Shown here: one piece after another, positions 12,901 through 26,400 of the stretch
Numbering within the stretch: position 1 is the stretch's first letter
How the letters are laid out: the number at the start of each line of letters is the position of its first letter
From: Lingula anatina
Taxonomy: Eukaryota; Animalia; Brachiopoda
Length of the DNA: 64,000 nucleotides
Direction of reading: 5' to 3'
NCBI GenBank assembly: GCA_051362555.1
Contig: CM120640.1
Coordinates: 65,450,788-65,514,787 of the forward strand
Notes under the pieces: model-generated
Told to the model about the DNA's origin: nothing
The model's input: the letters and a program-made list of their open reading frames with translations, nothing else
Database searches by the model: none
Program-made: the position numbers and the translations under genes

Positions 12901-13622
12901 CTTAATTGTGGCTATGTGTCTTCAGATTAAGATGTTGGACTCCATATTTTTTTTGGAAGTTTACAACTACATATCAGTGTTTATCCTTGAAATGATTATT
13001 ATTGTGTTTATCCCATCTTTCAGGTGAAGTATCTGGAAGGAGCGTCTGTGTTTGCATTCATCTGTGATACAAGGAGAGAGCAGGAAATGAAGGAAAGAAT
13101 GAAAACGGTACGTTGGAACTCTCTGTCTCTCTCTCACTTCCAGTTTCTGCATCTCTCTCTCTTAATATATCTATATACAAGGAGTTTTATGTTCCTTTAG
13201 ATGGATCCACTGGAGGACCTGCTTCCCTCTGACAGGCTTGCAGAGTATGAAGGCCGTGTTGAAGGAAGAGAGCTGAACACCATGGTGCCCCATGGGAAGA
13301 CCCCACAACAGTTTGTAGAAGGATTGGCTCAGAAGTTTAAAAGTGTAAGTTCCAAGCTCTTTCTTAAGATCTGAGGTAAATTATCATTATGTGGTCATTT
13401 TTAACTTGCTAGATAAAATTTACGCCATGAGTGCCATGCAGTGAATAATTTAATATTGGCTAATTTAACAGTTAATGACCAAGTAACAGACGAGGTAAGT
13501 TGCAATGTTTGGACTGTGTAGTTATTATGGAAATTAAAACCATCTATTTCATGTAAAATTTAAAAAAAATTTCTTTGCAGCTTGTGTACAAGCTATATAG
13601 TGATGGAGGGCAGATTTCATGA
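6913..13622 (+). CDS. Copy B of the same gene, 16 exons, apparently lacking its 5' end: 6913-7030, 7349-7616, 7832-8085, 8403-8522, 8680-8838, 8941-9060, 9275-9448, 10060-10296, 10514-10600, 10725-10811, 10925-11020, 11531-11638, 12601-12756, 13024-13107, 13201-13344, 13581-13622 (TGA)
   Basis: All junctions are GT-AG and phase-compatible. Repeated C2/B9-like modules (PYNPDQGFDIYID; AWGAVPL...GTHTVLLY; GAHQLRLY; AWTALPVF...YKLPLF) resemble the CCDC17 C-terminal domain; the family call is from memory. The first visible exon is internal and has no ATG. Confidence 0.75.
10993..11380 (+). repeat. ~38-bp degenerate minisatellite starting at an exon 3' end/donor site (paralogue at 1773-1900)
   Basis: Unit aacccacagtcataggatgggttgagggttgataatat resembles the exon end AACCCACAGTGGGAGGATGGGTTTATG|gtaggtgttat. 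Confidence 0.85.
12176..12554. mobile_element. Non-autonomous DNA element, 379 bp, 9-bp TSD ctgtgttta (Mutator/MULE-like)
   Basis: TSD at 12167-12175 and 12555-12563. Imperfect ~55-bp TIRs (caatcggcaatcc...ggatgtgata / tatcacatcc...ccgagtg). Absent from copy A. Confidence 0.8.
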
Positions 13623-15746
13623 GCCAGACACCCAGCACATAACAGAATTAAATAAGATGGATAGTGAAAAAAAAAATCTAGCCACTACATCTGAGGAGCT
13701 TTTTAAGAATATGTGATAGAAATTAGGAATAATTTCTTAGGTGCCAATTTACTCGTGTTATTTCTAATACTTATTTAATCTTAAGGACATGTACAAATTT
13801 TTCCATTTAAAACATTTCACTGGTTTCATTTGTGAATTTTCAATATCATCCTAATTAATTTTTGTAGAAAGTTATTTACGAAGTGAAAATGTTGTATTGT
13901 GTGTGCCATAGATAGTCCTGTCAATGCAGAGCATATAGTAAGGACCAAAGTTTTTAATAAAGTGCAATTTTTAAAACAATTGATCTTAAGGTTTTTCATG
14001 TCAACCCACTGTTTATAAGATGATATAAAGAGTACTCTCTGAACACTAAATTGTAAAATACAATAGTTCTTTATTTTGCAGAAACTTAATAATTTGATCA
14101 CCTCTTTCTTTGTCCATTTATGTCAACTGTTATTGCTTTAATATAACTTCTACACTAGCATGCACACATTATTGCACATTTATACACAAAGCATCCCCCC
14201 CCCACATCCAAACAGTTCAGTAACTGACAATAATAATATTTCAGCCAGGAGCTCTATTAAGTCTGATACTAGTGCTACTGAACTAACAGGTATTTTATAT
14301 CCCCCCAAGGATACTAATTATATTCTACAAATATGTTATTACAAGAAATAGCATGTTTCACAGTTACCTATGACGAGCTTCATTATTTACTAAAAAGGTA
14401 CAAGAGACATTACGTACTAAGAATTTTGCTCTCCACCTCACCCAGAGTTTCAAAGAACTGGAAGTGACTTGCCTCTATCCAAGCTCTCTGATACTGTCTC
14501 TGCATGTATCTATTTATAACAGAGGTGAGTTTCCAGTATTCCCCCCTCCCCCCAATGAAAAAAAATGGTGTGCTTCAAGTACTGAACTTAAATATAATGT
14601 GTTGCACATATTCAAGACTTAAAAAAAAAAAGAACAATTTTGATTTAGCATAATCTTGTGTTACAAGACTGAATATTTAACATGAAAGGGAAGTTGGGAA
14701 ACCTACATCCCATGATATGCCTATACTGTGAACCACTGCACTACATCAGCTATGTGTTTGACCTGTGATACTAACTACCCATGCCACATCTGGTGAGATA
14801 TAGATCCTGTAGCTAGAACAGAGATGAAGGCATATTTGAATCTCCCTCAATCATATATTTTGATATAACAAGTCACTCACTTGAATCCTTATATCCCAAA
14901 AGGCTTACAGTTTGTACATTTCTTTCCCAAAATCAAACTGCTTTTCCTTTCTTAATCAGTTTGTCTCACAGTACACAAGCACAAGGGTAAAGGCCATTAC
15001 TTGCAACAGTATCATGTGTTCTGCTCCCAATAACCTATTTTAAATATTCAGCAAGCTACTTCAGCAGCACATGTAATCAGTTGCTTGTAAATATTTTAGA
15101 TCCCCCAGAGAATTGGTTTAATGCAGAAAATGGTACCAAGAAATTGATTGAATGCAATTGCTAAGTGGCACTTTTTTGTCTACTATGTACATATATTGAA
15201 ACATACTGTGATGCTTTATGGGCATAATAGTTCTACATATACATCAGGAGTGTCTTCAGTCTCTAAACTTTAGCACAATGTGACAACATTTGCTATCATT
15301 TCTACATACAAACTCTCGGTAATCTTCAATGTATGTCTAATCCTATGCCAGCAGCTTTTTATTAGCTGTGGTCTTTAGGGTGTTTATGGAAAAATATAAA
15401 TTATTTTTAGCAATGTACATAAAATATAACAAACATCACTTCCTCATTTATTTGGCATTTTTCATAATCTTAAACAACTGTGGTATCTGTAAAATTCACA
15501 TAACATGTAACACTTGATAATTCTATACTTCACGTACTGTGCACGTACAATATGGACCTGAAGTAAATAAAGAGGCTTGCTTGCCACATACACCATCTCA
15601 TCCTTTTACCACAGAGGACATGATGGCATACACTTGCTGAGATTGATTTTCTATTCCACCAACAGATGTCAGCACCAGCAGCACCACAGCAGGTGCTTTA
15701 TACCAAGGAGCCTGGCTTGGTATACTTTGGATGTAGCTTTTATCTG

Positions 15747-18700
15747 TTACTTCTTCAAAGTCTTTTTATACACCCACACATCTCCCTCTTTGTTGAAATA
15801 CTGAAAGGGAGCAAAGTATGAAAATAAAATAATAATTTTCATGAAGAAAAAAAACATGCCATCTGAGTCTAGCTCTCCCACTTAAAAATTGGATAAATGA
15901 CAAAATAGGTGAAAAAAGTTTAATTTCCCACTAGCAAGGTTCTTGTGTCATGCCCATTCAATTTATAGAGTAAAACTTTAAGTTACAAGTAATTTTCAGC
16001 CAATCTTTACACTTAAAGAGACAAATAGAATCCTATGAGACTTTAAACAATCCTGAAACTAACTAAACAACTTCTACAAAAAATGACATTTTACCTTTGC
16101 TGCAAATGGGGTATTGGTCTCCTTTCTGTATTTCTCACCTTCTCTTTGTCTCTCTTCCAGCTAGAACAGAATCACATTACTGCTTACAAAAGGAAAACGG
16201 ATCACAAAATATACAATTCTCCAAAAACAAATTTCATCTCACGATGGTTCTAATTTAGGTCTTTTTACGTGTAAAGGATCTTTGACAGTTTTTGGACAAC
16301 AATGCTTTAAGTTTTGAGAGAACTCACAAATCTTTTGTGTTCTGTGGCAGTCTCAATATCCCCTAACTTCAAAGCATTGGTGACATGCTGCCATAATTTC
16401 CTGGATTCAAAATCTCCCAGTTTGCTCATGGGTCGCACCTTCTTTCTCTTGATCTCCAGCTTACTAACATCTATAACCTTACTGGTGCCCTGAAATATTC
16501 ACAGTCCACCAATTTAAACGTTTATAAAATGCCCGAGGTATGATGTAAAAAATGAAAATGTTGACGACAGAAAAATGTTTAAGCTGAGCAGTGTCTGGGA
16601 TTGTTGTGAAATTGAAAGATTCACATCTTACTCTCTAATCACTTCATGTGGCAGTGTCCAGTGTGCATGTGACAAGCAGTACTTACAGCTGAGGTATTGG
16701 TGAACTCCATAGTCCCATTCCAGTCCCCATTTACTTTACATATCACAGTGCCCTCTGGGTTCTTTACTTCAGCTGAAACTCGATGCAGTTTGCCACCATA
16801 AAAGGGCTAGAAGAAAAGTGACCTGAAGGTAATTTTTTAACTACTGGGATCCATTTTCCAATGAAATCCGTCTAAAGTCACAGTTGCAAATTAATTTTTA
16901 CACTGATTAAGTCCAACCTATATGTAGTGTAAAGATTCATAAACCTTTCTATTAAGCCTGTGTGCATAACTGAATACCATACTGCAAGCCTTTTAAGCCT
17001 TTGACACATAACATAAATGTATAATTTTGATTTATAAACTTGATTATGAATTTCAATGATGGGGCACCAATGTATTACCTTAGTATGAAACACTATAGCA
17101 GCTGCATATCCAGTCTGCTGACATGTGATAGTCACTCTATCACCGAGCTCCACCCAGGGATAGGTCAGAATGGACCTGGCATAGGCACTTGGCAGGCTAA
17201 ACACATAGTCCTCATTGTGCTCTACCAGAGATAAAGTCACTGAAATTGTAAATGCATAGTCCTTACTAAGAGCTCTACCAGAGAGAAAATCACTGGAGTT
17301 GTAAATACATAGTCCTCATTGTGCTCTACCATAGATAAAGTCACTGGAATTCTAGTCTTAATTTCATAATAGTACTTAAATTTTTGTTATGAAAAAAAAA
17401 AGCCAATATTGCAACAATACAACTTAATTTGAAATGCAAAGCCCAACCCTGGCAGAAGAGTATAACCAATGTTTTCATAGCTGGAGAATATCACAGCCTT
17501 TCCAAACAAAATAATATAGCCAACATTTGTTTTTTTTAAATATCAGCATTAAAGACAAACACTGATTCCTCACCTTTTCCTACCATAACTACACCTATAG
17601 ACATTCCCATAAACTTGGACTTGGTCCAAATGGAGGCGTTCACATACATATTTTTCTTTGGACATTCAAAATAAAATGCTGAAACTACAAGAAAGACCCA
17701 TTTTAATTCTTTTTAATGTGACTAATTTAACTGAAAGATTCTAAAAACATGAGATTTCACAAGATGTGACATCTTGAGATATCAACAATGGTAATTTCGC
17801 CAGTTATGATAAGCATATAACTGTTCTAAATCAAAACATTGCACTAAATATCTATTATACTGCTGTCAAAATCTTTCTTATTTTTTCCATATGTAACCAT
17901 TATGTGTACTCAGATGTTATGAGTTATGTTAAAATATAAATCTACATACTAGGAGGATGATGGGACACCTGCTCAGCACAGTATGTCAGTCTTATGTTGT
18001 CAGACTGTGTGTCATCCCCCAGTGTCTGTGGGATGTCCCAGGAACAGTGAAATGTTTCTCCAATGATTGGATTGTACGGTTTTTTAGCAACTGAACCCTG
18101 GCGTGCAGCGTGGAATGAGGTCAGGTACCACTCCACCACTTGGAGCATTCGACTTTCTGGATCTGTGCAGTCTGGAATTCTACAACATTCAGTGTGTCAT
18201 ATTCGGGTAACTTTCCACTTCATGATGCTGTACACATTTTCTGGCTAAAACAATTCTTGAGTAATGGAGTTCTAAGAATTCTTCAAAGATGTTAGGGTCA
18301 ATAATTCACCTCAAATGAATTTGCCATGAAAGCTAGACTTGCATTCCAATTTAGGTGGTTCCAACTCTCCTCAATCTCATATAAATTCATTTCCAAAATG
18401 AAGTAATTTTTGACCTTACTTTTATGATCTCATACTATAAATTAAACACCTAGTGATTATAAGTCTTTGTTTGTGTTACATTTCAAAACAATTTTTCACT
18501 GCCATGTGCCTTAAGTTCACTTACTTTGCAAATATATCTGGATGAGCCATGCAGTCTGCAAACATTTCTAATAATGACCTCTTTTCTAAAATAAATGTCG
18601 GCAGCACCACCTGAAAATAAGATGATTGAAAATAAAATATATGTTAGAACTTAACTTATAATATTAAAACATTTCTTATGTTAACCATCTCTGCCGCAAC

Positions 18701-21700
18701 AACCATGTTCAAACCAAATGTGGGTATTCATGCCAAGGCACCCAGATTACAACCATAACGTGGGCATTCATGGCAAGGCACCCAGATTACAACCATAATG
18801 TGGGCATTCATGGCAAGGCACCCAGATTACAACCATAATGTGGGTATTTATATCAATGCACCCAGATTACAACCACAATGAGGGTATTTATGTCAAAGAA
18901 CCAAGACTACAACTCATCCATGTAAGGATGCACACAAAAACCTACCCGAGTAAGATCCATTCCCAACTTCAACTGTGATAATAAATGTAGAATGACACTT
19001 TTATGTTCCTCCACTCCTCCCAGGTCTGTGTCCGTGTAGCCATGTTCATCTGATACATCGTCATCATGGTTGACTGGGACTGCAAATATAAGGTGAGTTA
19101 TAGTAATTATAGATAATAACAGATCATAATTACCTTCATTTACCACGTTTATTACAGCAATTTAGACTGGTCGTTTTGAAAAGATGTCATCCATAACCAC
19201 TGTGAGAAGTAAATTATTTGCACAAAATCAACACTGCTTCAAAGAAGACCAAAACATTAGATTCCATTTCTTCACAACAGTATGCCAAGCTTGCACATCT
19301 TACCTGTTATACTTTGCTGCTCTAGAGGTAGCAGGTTCTCTTTGATGATAGACGACACAGAGCTGCTTCTGGTGCTGGACCTGGACTTCATATTGGGAGA
19401 CCTGGAAATTACAACCAACAATTGATACTGGGAAAAATTCATGCTGGGAAAACTGGAAACTGCAATCAACACATTTCACACGTGGAGACTTAGAAATAAG
19501 AATCAACACAATTTTACTGGAAAAACAGGGTAAAGCAATTAGCACAATCACGCTACAAAAACTTGTTATGGCAATCAATACTGTGAAAACTTAGAAATAG
19601 CACAAAAATATAATTTTAGCAAACTCACCAGTCCAATCCTCTGCCCGCGTGGACTCCACTAGCTTGTTGTTGTAACATGTTCATACACTGCTCCAAGCAT
19701 AGAACTGTAGCCTTTGAGGTGGCTTTTAATAACAGGATTTCCTAAAAAAAATTTTAGTCTGGTATTTATTTAAATCTTAGTTGAAGTAAACCCTTTTTAC
19801 ATATTGAAATTATGTCATTATTTTCCAAGCCAGATACTGTATCTGATGGGTGGACTATTGGGTATATTATATAGTCAAATTGCCCTTTACCTTATCCAGA
19901 GAGTTCAGAAAGTGACCTGAGCTGGGAAGTTCCTAAAAATAGAAAATAATATTGCATGTGAGTGTACCATCTATGATACATTGTAACAAAGCACAATGTG
20001 AAGCCTTCACATTTGTCTGTTTCATGACAGACAATAGTGACATAATGAAAGTGATAAATGCAACATGATCATATTGATTTCCAGCTCTTAAGAACATAAA
20101 AAATTCACTGAAATGGACGAAAATGACACGGCCTCATTGCTTTGGTCTATTACTGTATTAGACTGCAACCTAAACCCCCAAATCACTTTCCAGATCAACA
20201 AAGTGGCGTGGTCATGTTCATGTCCTTTTTCTCAGACACTGGGATCCGGAGTTAAAACATGAAAAGATCAGTCTTATATTACACATTAATAACCTCTTGA
20301 TGCAATATACTTCTATTAAAACAAAACCATCATAAGGTATCCAGGATGTTTTTTTTTAACAGCATATACCTCCCACATGACAAAACAATCCCTTAGCTAC
20401 ATGTAACAGCCTTGTTTCCCAGTGAACATCAATATCTTATCTCAATGGATATTTAATGATATTTCCATCTAAAGGTTTCCTCCAAATCCCCCTTCAAGCA
20501 GTCAAGTACACCTTACCTCTGTCTACAACACAAACTTAAGAGAAGATAAACTTAATGAGGACCCCTCTCACCTGTTTCCCGTCAGAGCGCTGTTGCTTAC
20601 AGATTAGAATATCATGTTCTGCACCTAATGATATTGATTTTTTAAACCATGTATTCAAATGAACAGGTTCATCTTTATTTACAGAGGATATGGAATATAA
20701 AGGTGCTAATTGCTTCAGATGTAAATAGGTCTCTTATTTCAAGCAAGTAACTGCTATATCCTCTGTGAAAATTGGAGCAAATTGGCTTCATAACACCTAC
20801 ATGTACACCCTGAATCCATGCAAGCTTTCAAATCTTGCTGTAATCTTTACTTTGTTCAGAATGATAATAACTATGTGATGCAAATCTCAACAAATCAGAT
20901 TGTGACGTGCTGCTATAACAACCCAAAATCACCCAAGAAAAGAAAAGAAATCTTAAGATGTCATCTTAAATTTCAAGATCCATCTAAGGAAATATTATAT
21001 TAATTACTATTATATTAATTGCCCTCCCCAATCAACTTTTCAGTTACAAGGCAATTTAACAGCTCAACAATTTATGCCTAGGATAAATTATAATCGTTCC
21101 ACATACCCTTGTTCTTTTATGTCCAATTTTATTTTTTCTCTGACTGCAATATGATTAAAACTCAAAAGAAGGGACACACTTCAATCCCTTACCACCCCTG
21201 TACTTAAACACTATCAATCTGAAAGGTTTGTTAAAGCAGAACCTAGCTGTCCTGAGTCAAAGCATAGAAATCAAACTAAAGCAAAACCCACTGAAACTCA
21301 CCTTTGTAAAAGGCAGGCAGCAGAACACAACAAGAAATCGTCACCACAATGATGAAAATTTTAGACTTCAGGTAGAAAATATGTTAGGTTAGGTGAATAC
21401 TTATAAGTCTCTGACAAAAAACTAAGTTGCAAACACAACACCATAAAATCATTGAAGTACTTGCAATACATACATCACTGCCTGTTCCACAAGAGCTAAA
21501 ACCAGGAAAAGTCAGAATTGAATTGAATCCCCACAGTATTAAATGATTATAAGCCTGATGTCACGGCACAGCATCCAAAATCAAAGTCTGGTTCAAATAT
21601 GATGCCAATCCCTGTGGCTCACAGCTGTTTCACCATAGAGATCAAATTAATCAGGAGAGATGAAAGAGAGAGCCCACAGTGGTGACCAAGGAGAACATTA

Positions 21701-23407
21701 TGACAGGTTCCCATCAATTATTCAAATTAATTCAAGAGAAGGAAACCTGGGGCCCCAACCTACTGCATCAATAATGTTGTCACCATGGTGGAAAGCAAAA
21801 CTCTTAAATTACAACAGACTGTACTTCACTCTTGGAAATCCAACAGTCCATTTATCAAAAGTATACAATATGTCAACTTTCCTTTTATCCTTTCAGCATA
21901 AGAATAATATAAAATGTAAAGTATAAAGAGTATGAAGAATTAAGGACCAAGGATAGGAGTGCCATTTAGATTTTAAATCAATACTTTTATGTGAAATGTA
22001 ATTATTAAAATACATATGATGAGTACATATCACACTTGGTCTATTTAGACAATAGAATGCAAAGTTGCACTCCACAATTAATAGCAGCACTCAGTTTTGC
22101 AACCTACTCACTCATTAAGACCGGTGACATAACTACTATAATCAAAATCAAAAGAATTTGATTACAATACATTTTCTTTATTTTTTTCTGAAAAGGTTTT
22201 GATACTAGTGTTGTCAGTGAAAACATGTCATCATTCTCGTCATTGAAGGTGTGTTGTCTGCTGGAGCTGAGTTTTAATTTAACAGTCTCTTCTAAAATAT
22301 ATGGCAACACTTTTTTCAACAATTTCAAATATCCCGATATCTTCCAATAGGTATTAAGTTATACTCTACACTGATTGTGATTTAATGAAAAATATGCTGT
22401 TTGTCTCACATTTGACTGTGCCTTATAATGCAGTGTATTAATGCCAAAATATATTATTTTTCCATTATTTCAACTTTTGCAAAAAATTTAAAGGCAATGT
22501 TTTGCATAGAGCAGAAGCATTTTGGAAATTAGGCTAAGAAATATTTAAACTTTAACCTGTAACCATAGCAACACATTTCAAGAGGAAAGAATTCTGGGGT
22601 GGGGGTGGAACCAAGGTCAAATCAGGATACTGGATTCTTACTGATATCTATTTTTATAAACTGGAATACATTTAAAGGAGAACATCGCTACCTTTCTTGT
22701 GCCTAAAAATGACTAAATGATAATTTCCAGCAAACATTTTGATCACTTCAGAGATAACAAGAGAAGCAGGATTATCAAACAGATTTTGCCATCACTTGTT
22801 TTTAGTACTCTTTATTCATGCATTATGATGGGCCACAATCTTCACTTAAAAAGAAGACAAAAAAAAAAAAAAAATCCAAAGTTCATACAGACCACCAAAC
22901 ACCTATAAATCAATAGATGGGAAAATCTATATCTGGAATTCAGAAAACACAAATAGACACAGAAAACAGATCTACATCTCTCTCAGACACAACCCAGTTA
23001 AATATTAATGTCTTCCAATTCCAGATCAAATCAACTACAACAGAGCAGGAAGTCCATCTCATGTACTGGAGGGACGGAGGAACTCGGTAGAGCTCATCAT
23101 TAATTTACACAAACCACTGAAAACTTTGCTGGATAATCAAACAAATCTGACCTGGCTGTTCTCAGGGAATCAGGTGAATCATGGCATAACTTAAATATTG
23201 ATAATGCATTTAAAGTCAAATTTTTGCCTCAAACCCCAACCATACACCACCATATACTTTCAAATAGTAAAAGTTAGAGAGATATTAAGGGCATTGTTTC
23301 ATATTTCCCTAAAATTGATATTTGAACAGCTTTTCCTTATTTCTTTCTGTGCTATAAATATACATCAGCAGTCTTATTTGAACAAGTATGCAATTGCACG
23401 CACAGCT

Positions 23408-23438
<31 letters not shown>

Positions 23439-26400
23439 CATACATACATGAGAGTAAGAGTGATAATTATGCAATATGCACGCAGTAATTAGCCTACTAT
23501 TTGAAAGACCTAGCTGCACCCTGTGCATACCTCCATTTTGTCCACCAGTTCTTCTTCGTGATCTGTGACCTGAGACAACACCTCCTTCACGTTGTGTAGA
23601 GGATCTGGCGAGGGGACAGTAGTCACAGTCTTATGATGTGATCTGAAACAGTGGGGCAATGATCAGTATCATCATATTTTGGCAAAGGAGACTAAGTCTT
23701 GAAGTAAAACAAAAATTCAGTTCAGACAAAATGTTTGCCATTCCTACCTGACAGTCACTGTGGTGGAGGGCTGATTGTCATATAAATCTCCATAAGAACT
23801 TGGCCTTTTGTTTACAGAAGGCAGTGTTTCTTGAGCAAAGGAATGTGTTCTAGATTCGTGTCTGTAGATTGGTGGCGCATTCTGGAAAGACAAGCCATCA
23901 CTTATAACACGGTATAGTTACCACAGACAAGATAAGTGAGAAATTTTTAAGTATCTTCTTACAATTCAGAGAAAACTGTAAACACCTTGAATAGTTTGAG
24001 ATTTCATTAACAAATCAAATATATTTTAACAATACAATTGCTGAAAGTGAGCAGCTTTCCGCTGTCATTGAATAGCTGCAAAGCTAATGTTTCCCTTCAA
24101 CCTTTACCCGAAATGAAATAAAACTTATTGTGTTGTATTGTGTTGTACTGTGATCTATTTGTACTGTGATCTATTACTGCTACTTGGAGTAGCTTTTATG
24201 GTGCCTCTGGTTTGGTTGAGAAAAAAACTTATCTTAACTCTCATGCTATATGTTGAAAGATTAATAACACATGCTTGTTCAAAGACACATAAAGACAGCA
24301 AGAAAAGAGAAAGAGAGATTCAAGCATATACCTGTGCTATGTTATTACTGTGATATTCTGCTACAGCCCTCAACCTGTTCACCCAGTGAACTCTTTCCTT
24401 TGCATCTGAAGCTGAAATAAAATAACATGACCAAAATGAAGATTTATACCCTGTTTGACATTTGTACATCTAACTGTTACAAAACCATCTCTTCAAATAT
24501 AAACTACAGCTAGGGCATGCTGACATTCTCTGACCACTGAACTGTTAAAGGTAGAAAAACAAATGTATTATCTATCAAGAATTTACTTTTGCTAATTAAA
24601 TGGGGGTCTTTTTTTAGCAAGTTCACTAAATTAATATACAATCAGCAAGATTGATCCAAGCTCTCAATTGTTTATCGAAATGTTGCACATGCAATGCTAT
24701 AAATACTTATTTGTGTATCACATAATAGAGTAGAGAACATTACAAACCATTTGAGCCAGTAGGAAAAATATTTAACCGGTTTAACCAGCTAACAAATCTC
24801 TGACCCAGAGCCATTGAGTCAGTAATCATTTCTGTCAAACATTTGAAACCAAATTGCAAAGTAGGAATCACACAATTGGAACTGTGTACAACATCATTTT
24901 ACATGACCTATATGTTGTGCCATGACATTGTATTTCATTGTTCACCATTATGAAGATTTTAAGAATCTTTCTTCAAAAATATCATACTCAAATTGATTTC
25001 ATATCCAATAAACATGTCTGAAAACTTGTTAAAATTTTTAGTATAAAATTATTTAGACATACTTATTTATTTAATTGCCTGCATGGGGGCTTATTTCACT
25101 TGAAAGTGGAGAAATTAGGTTGTCAACTGAGCAGACTTTTTCACCTATACAACCACACCACCATGCCATCCTCAGATATAAAAATTAACAACCTCTAATG
25201 TTTTTGTGTTTGTACTTCTTTAAGTGCTTAAAAATAAAACCCTACTAAGTAAAAAGTAAGCTTTTTTTACTTTGTAATTGTACTTCATCATCTGAAGTAC
25301 AATCCCCCCCCCCCCCCCCCCCATCATGAAGTTTTAAATACAACAAGTAACTTACCACGTAACCTATATATTTCTGTATTTGCAGCATTCACATTAAATG
25401 TCTGTGAGTCTTCATCTGAAGGGGAAATCACTGCACCCTGTAAATAAAGCATTAACAGCCATTATTGCAGGAGTCAGCATCCCCCTGGGTGACTGCAATT
25501 CCCAAAGATATTACAATAGTATTTCAGGTCTTGTTAAATGATGATATCCAGCTTTTGAAAGGGACAGTTACATTTTTTCCTTTCTCAGAGGCAAAACCTC
25601 AACGTGCTTTCATATTACATGACAAAATATATAGGTTTGAAACAGGAATAGAATAGTAATGAAATCTTATATTGAAAAAAAAAAATTCTAAGGAAATATA
25701 TTTCAAATAAAAAAATGAACAAAATACTAGCATGCATACCGCTAAATGCACACTTCCTCTCGGTCTTTGCACTTTTTTGTGTTCTTCTTTCTGAAATAAT
25801 AACAACATGACAATACTTATTTAAAAAATGTTATGTTGGGACTCATAGTCAATATCATAAAAAATGGCCAAAGGAAAAAAAAAGAATAAATAAACTAAAA
25901 AATTAAAAAAATAGATATAACATTTCTTTCTAAAGATGTAAATCAACATAATTCATAAAAAGATTACTATCATAAAGCACTTTAAGTTTCACTTGTTTCA
26001 TGACAATCAAAATCTTTAACAAGCTGTGATGGGGCTAGCAGTACTAGTATTATTTCCTGTTCTACCTCATAATACTCCAACATTCCCGTCTCTGGCACCA
26101 GCACAAACCAGCGGAATTGCCAGCCTTTCATCACATTGGTGTATTTACAGAGCACACCTTCCAGAGGCTGCCTGGAAAACACAGCATAGAACATGGTCTG
26201 ATATATAGGATCATATGGACCAATATCAAAGAACTGTCTAGAAAGCACAGCAGATTAGATAATCTGATTTATATGATAATTGACCAATATCAAAGAACTA
26301 CCTGGAAAATACAGCATGTTACATGATCTGATAAACATGACTTGGAAATCAGGCAATACTACTGTACATCTGTTGATATTTACATGTCATCTAGAAATGT

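Larger units (their letters stand above)
1773..14397 (+). repeat. Tandem segmental duplication: ~1773-4608 aligns to ~11252-14397
   Basis: Long, near-identical co-linear sequence covering introns and 3' UTR. Homology ends after cttcattatttactaaaaa in both copies. Confidence 0.95.
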
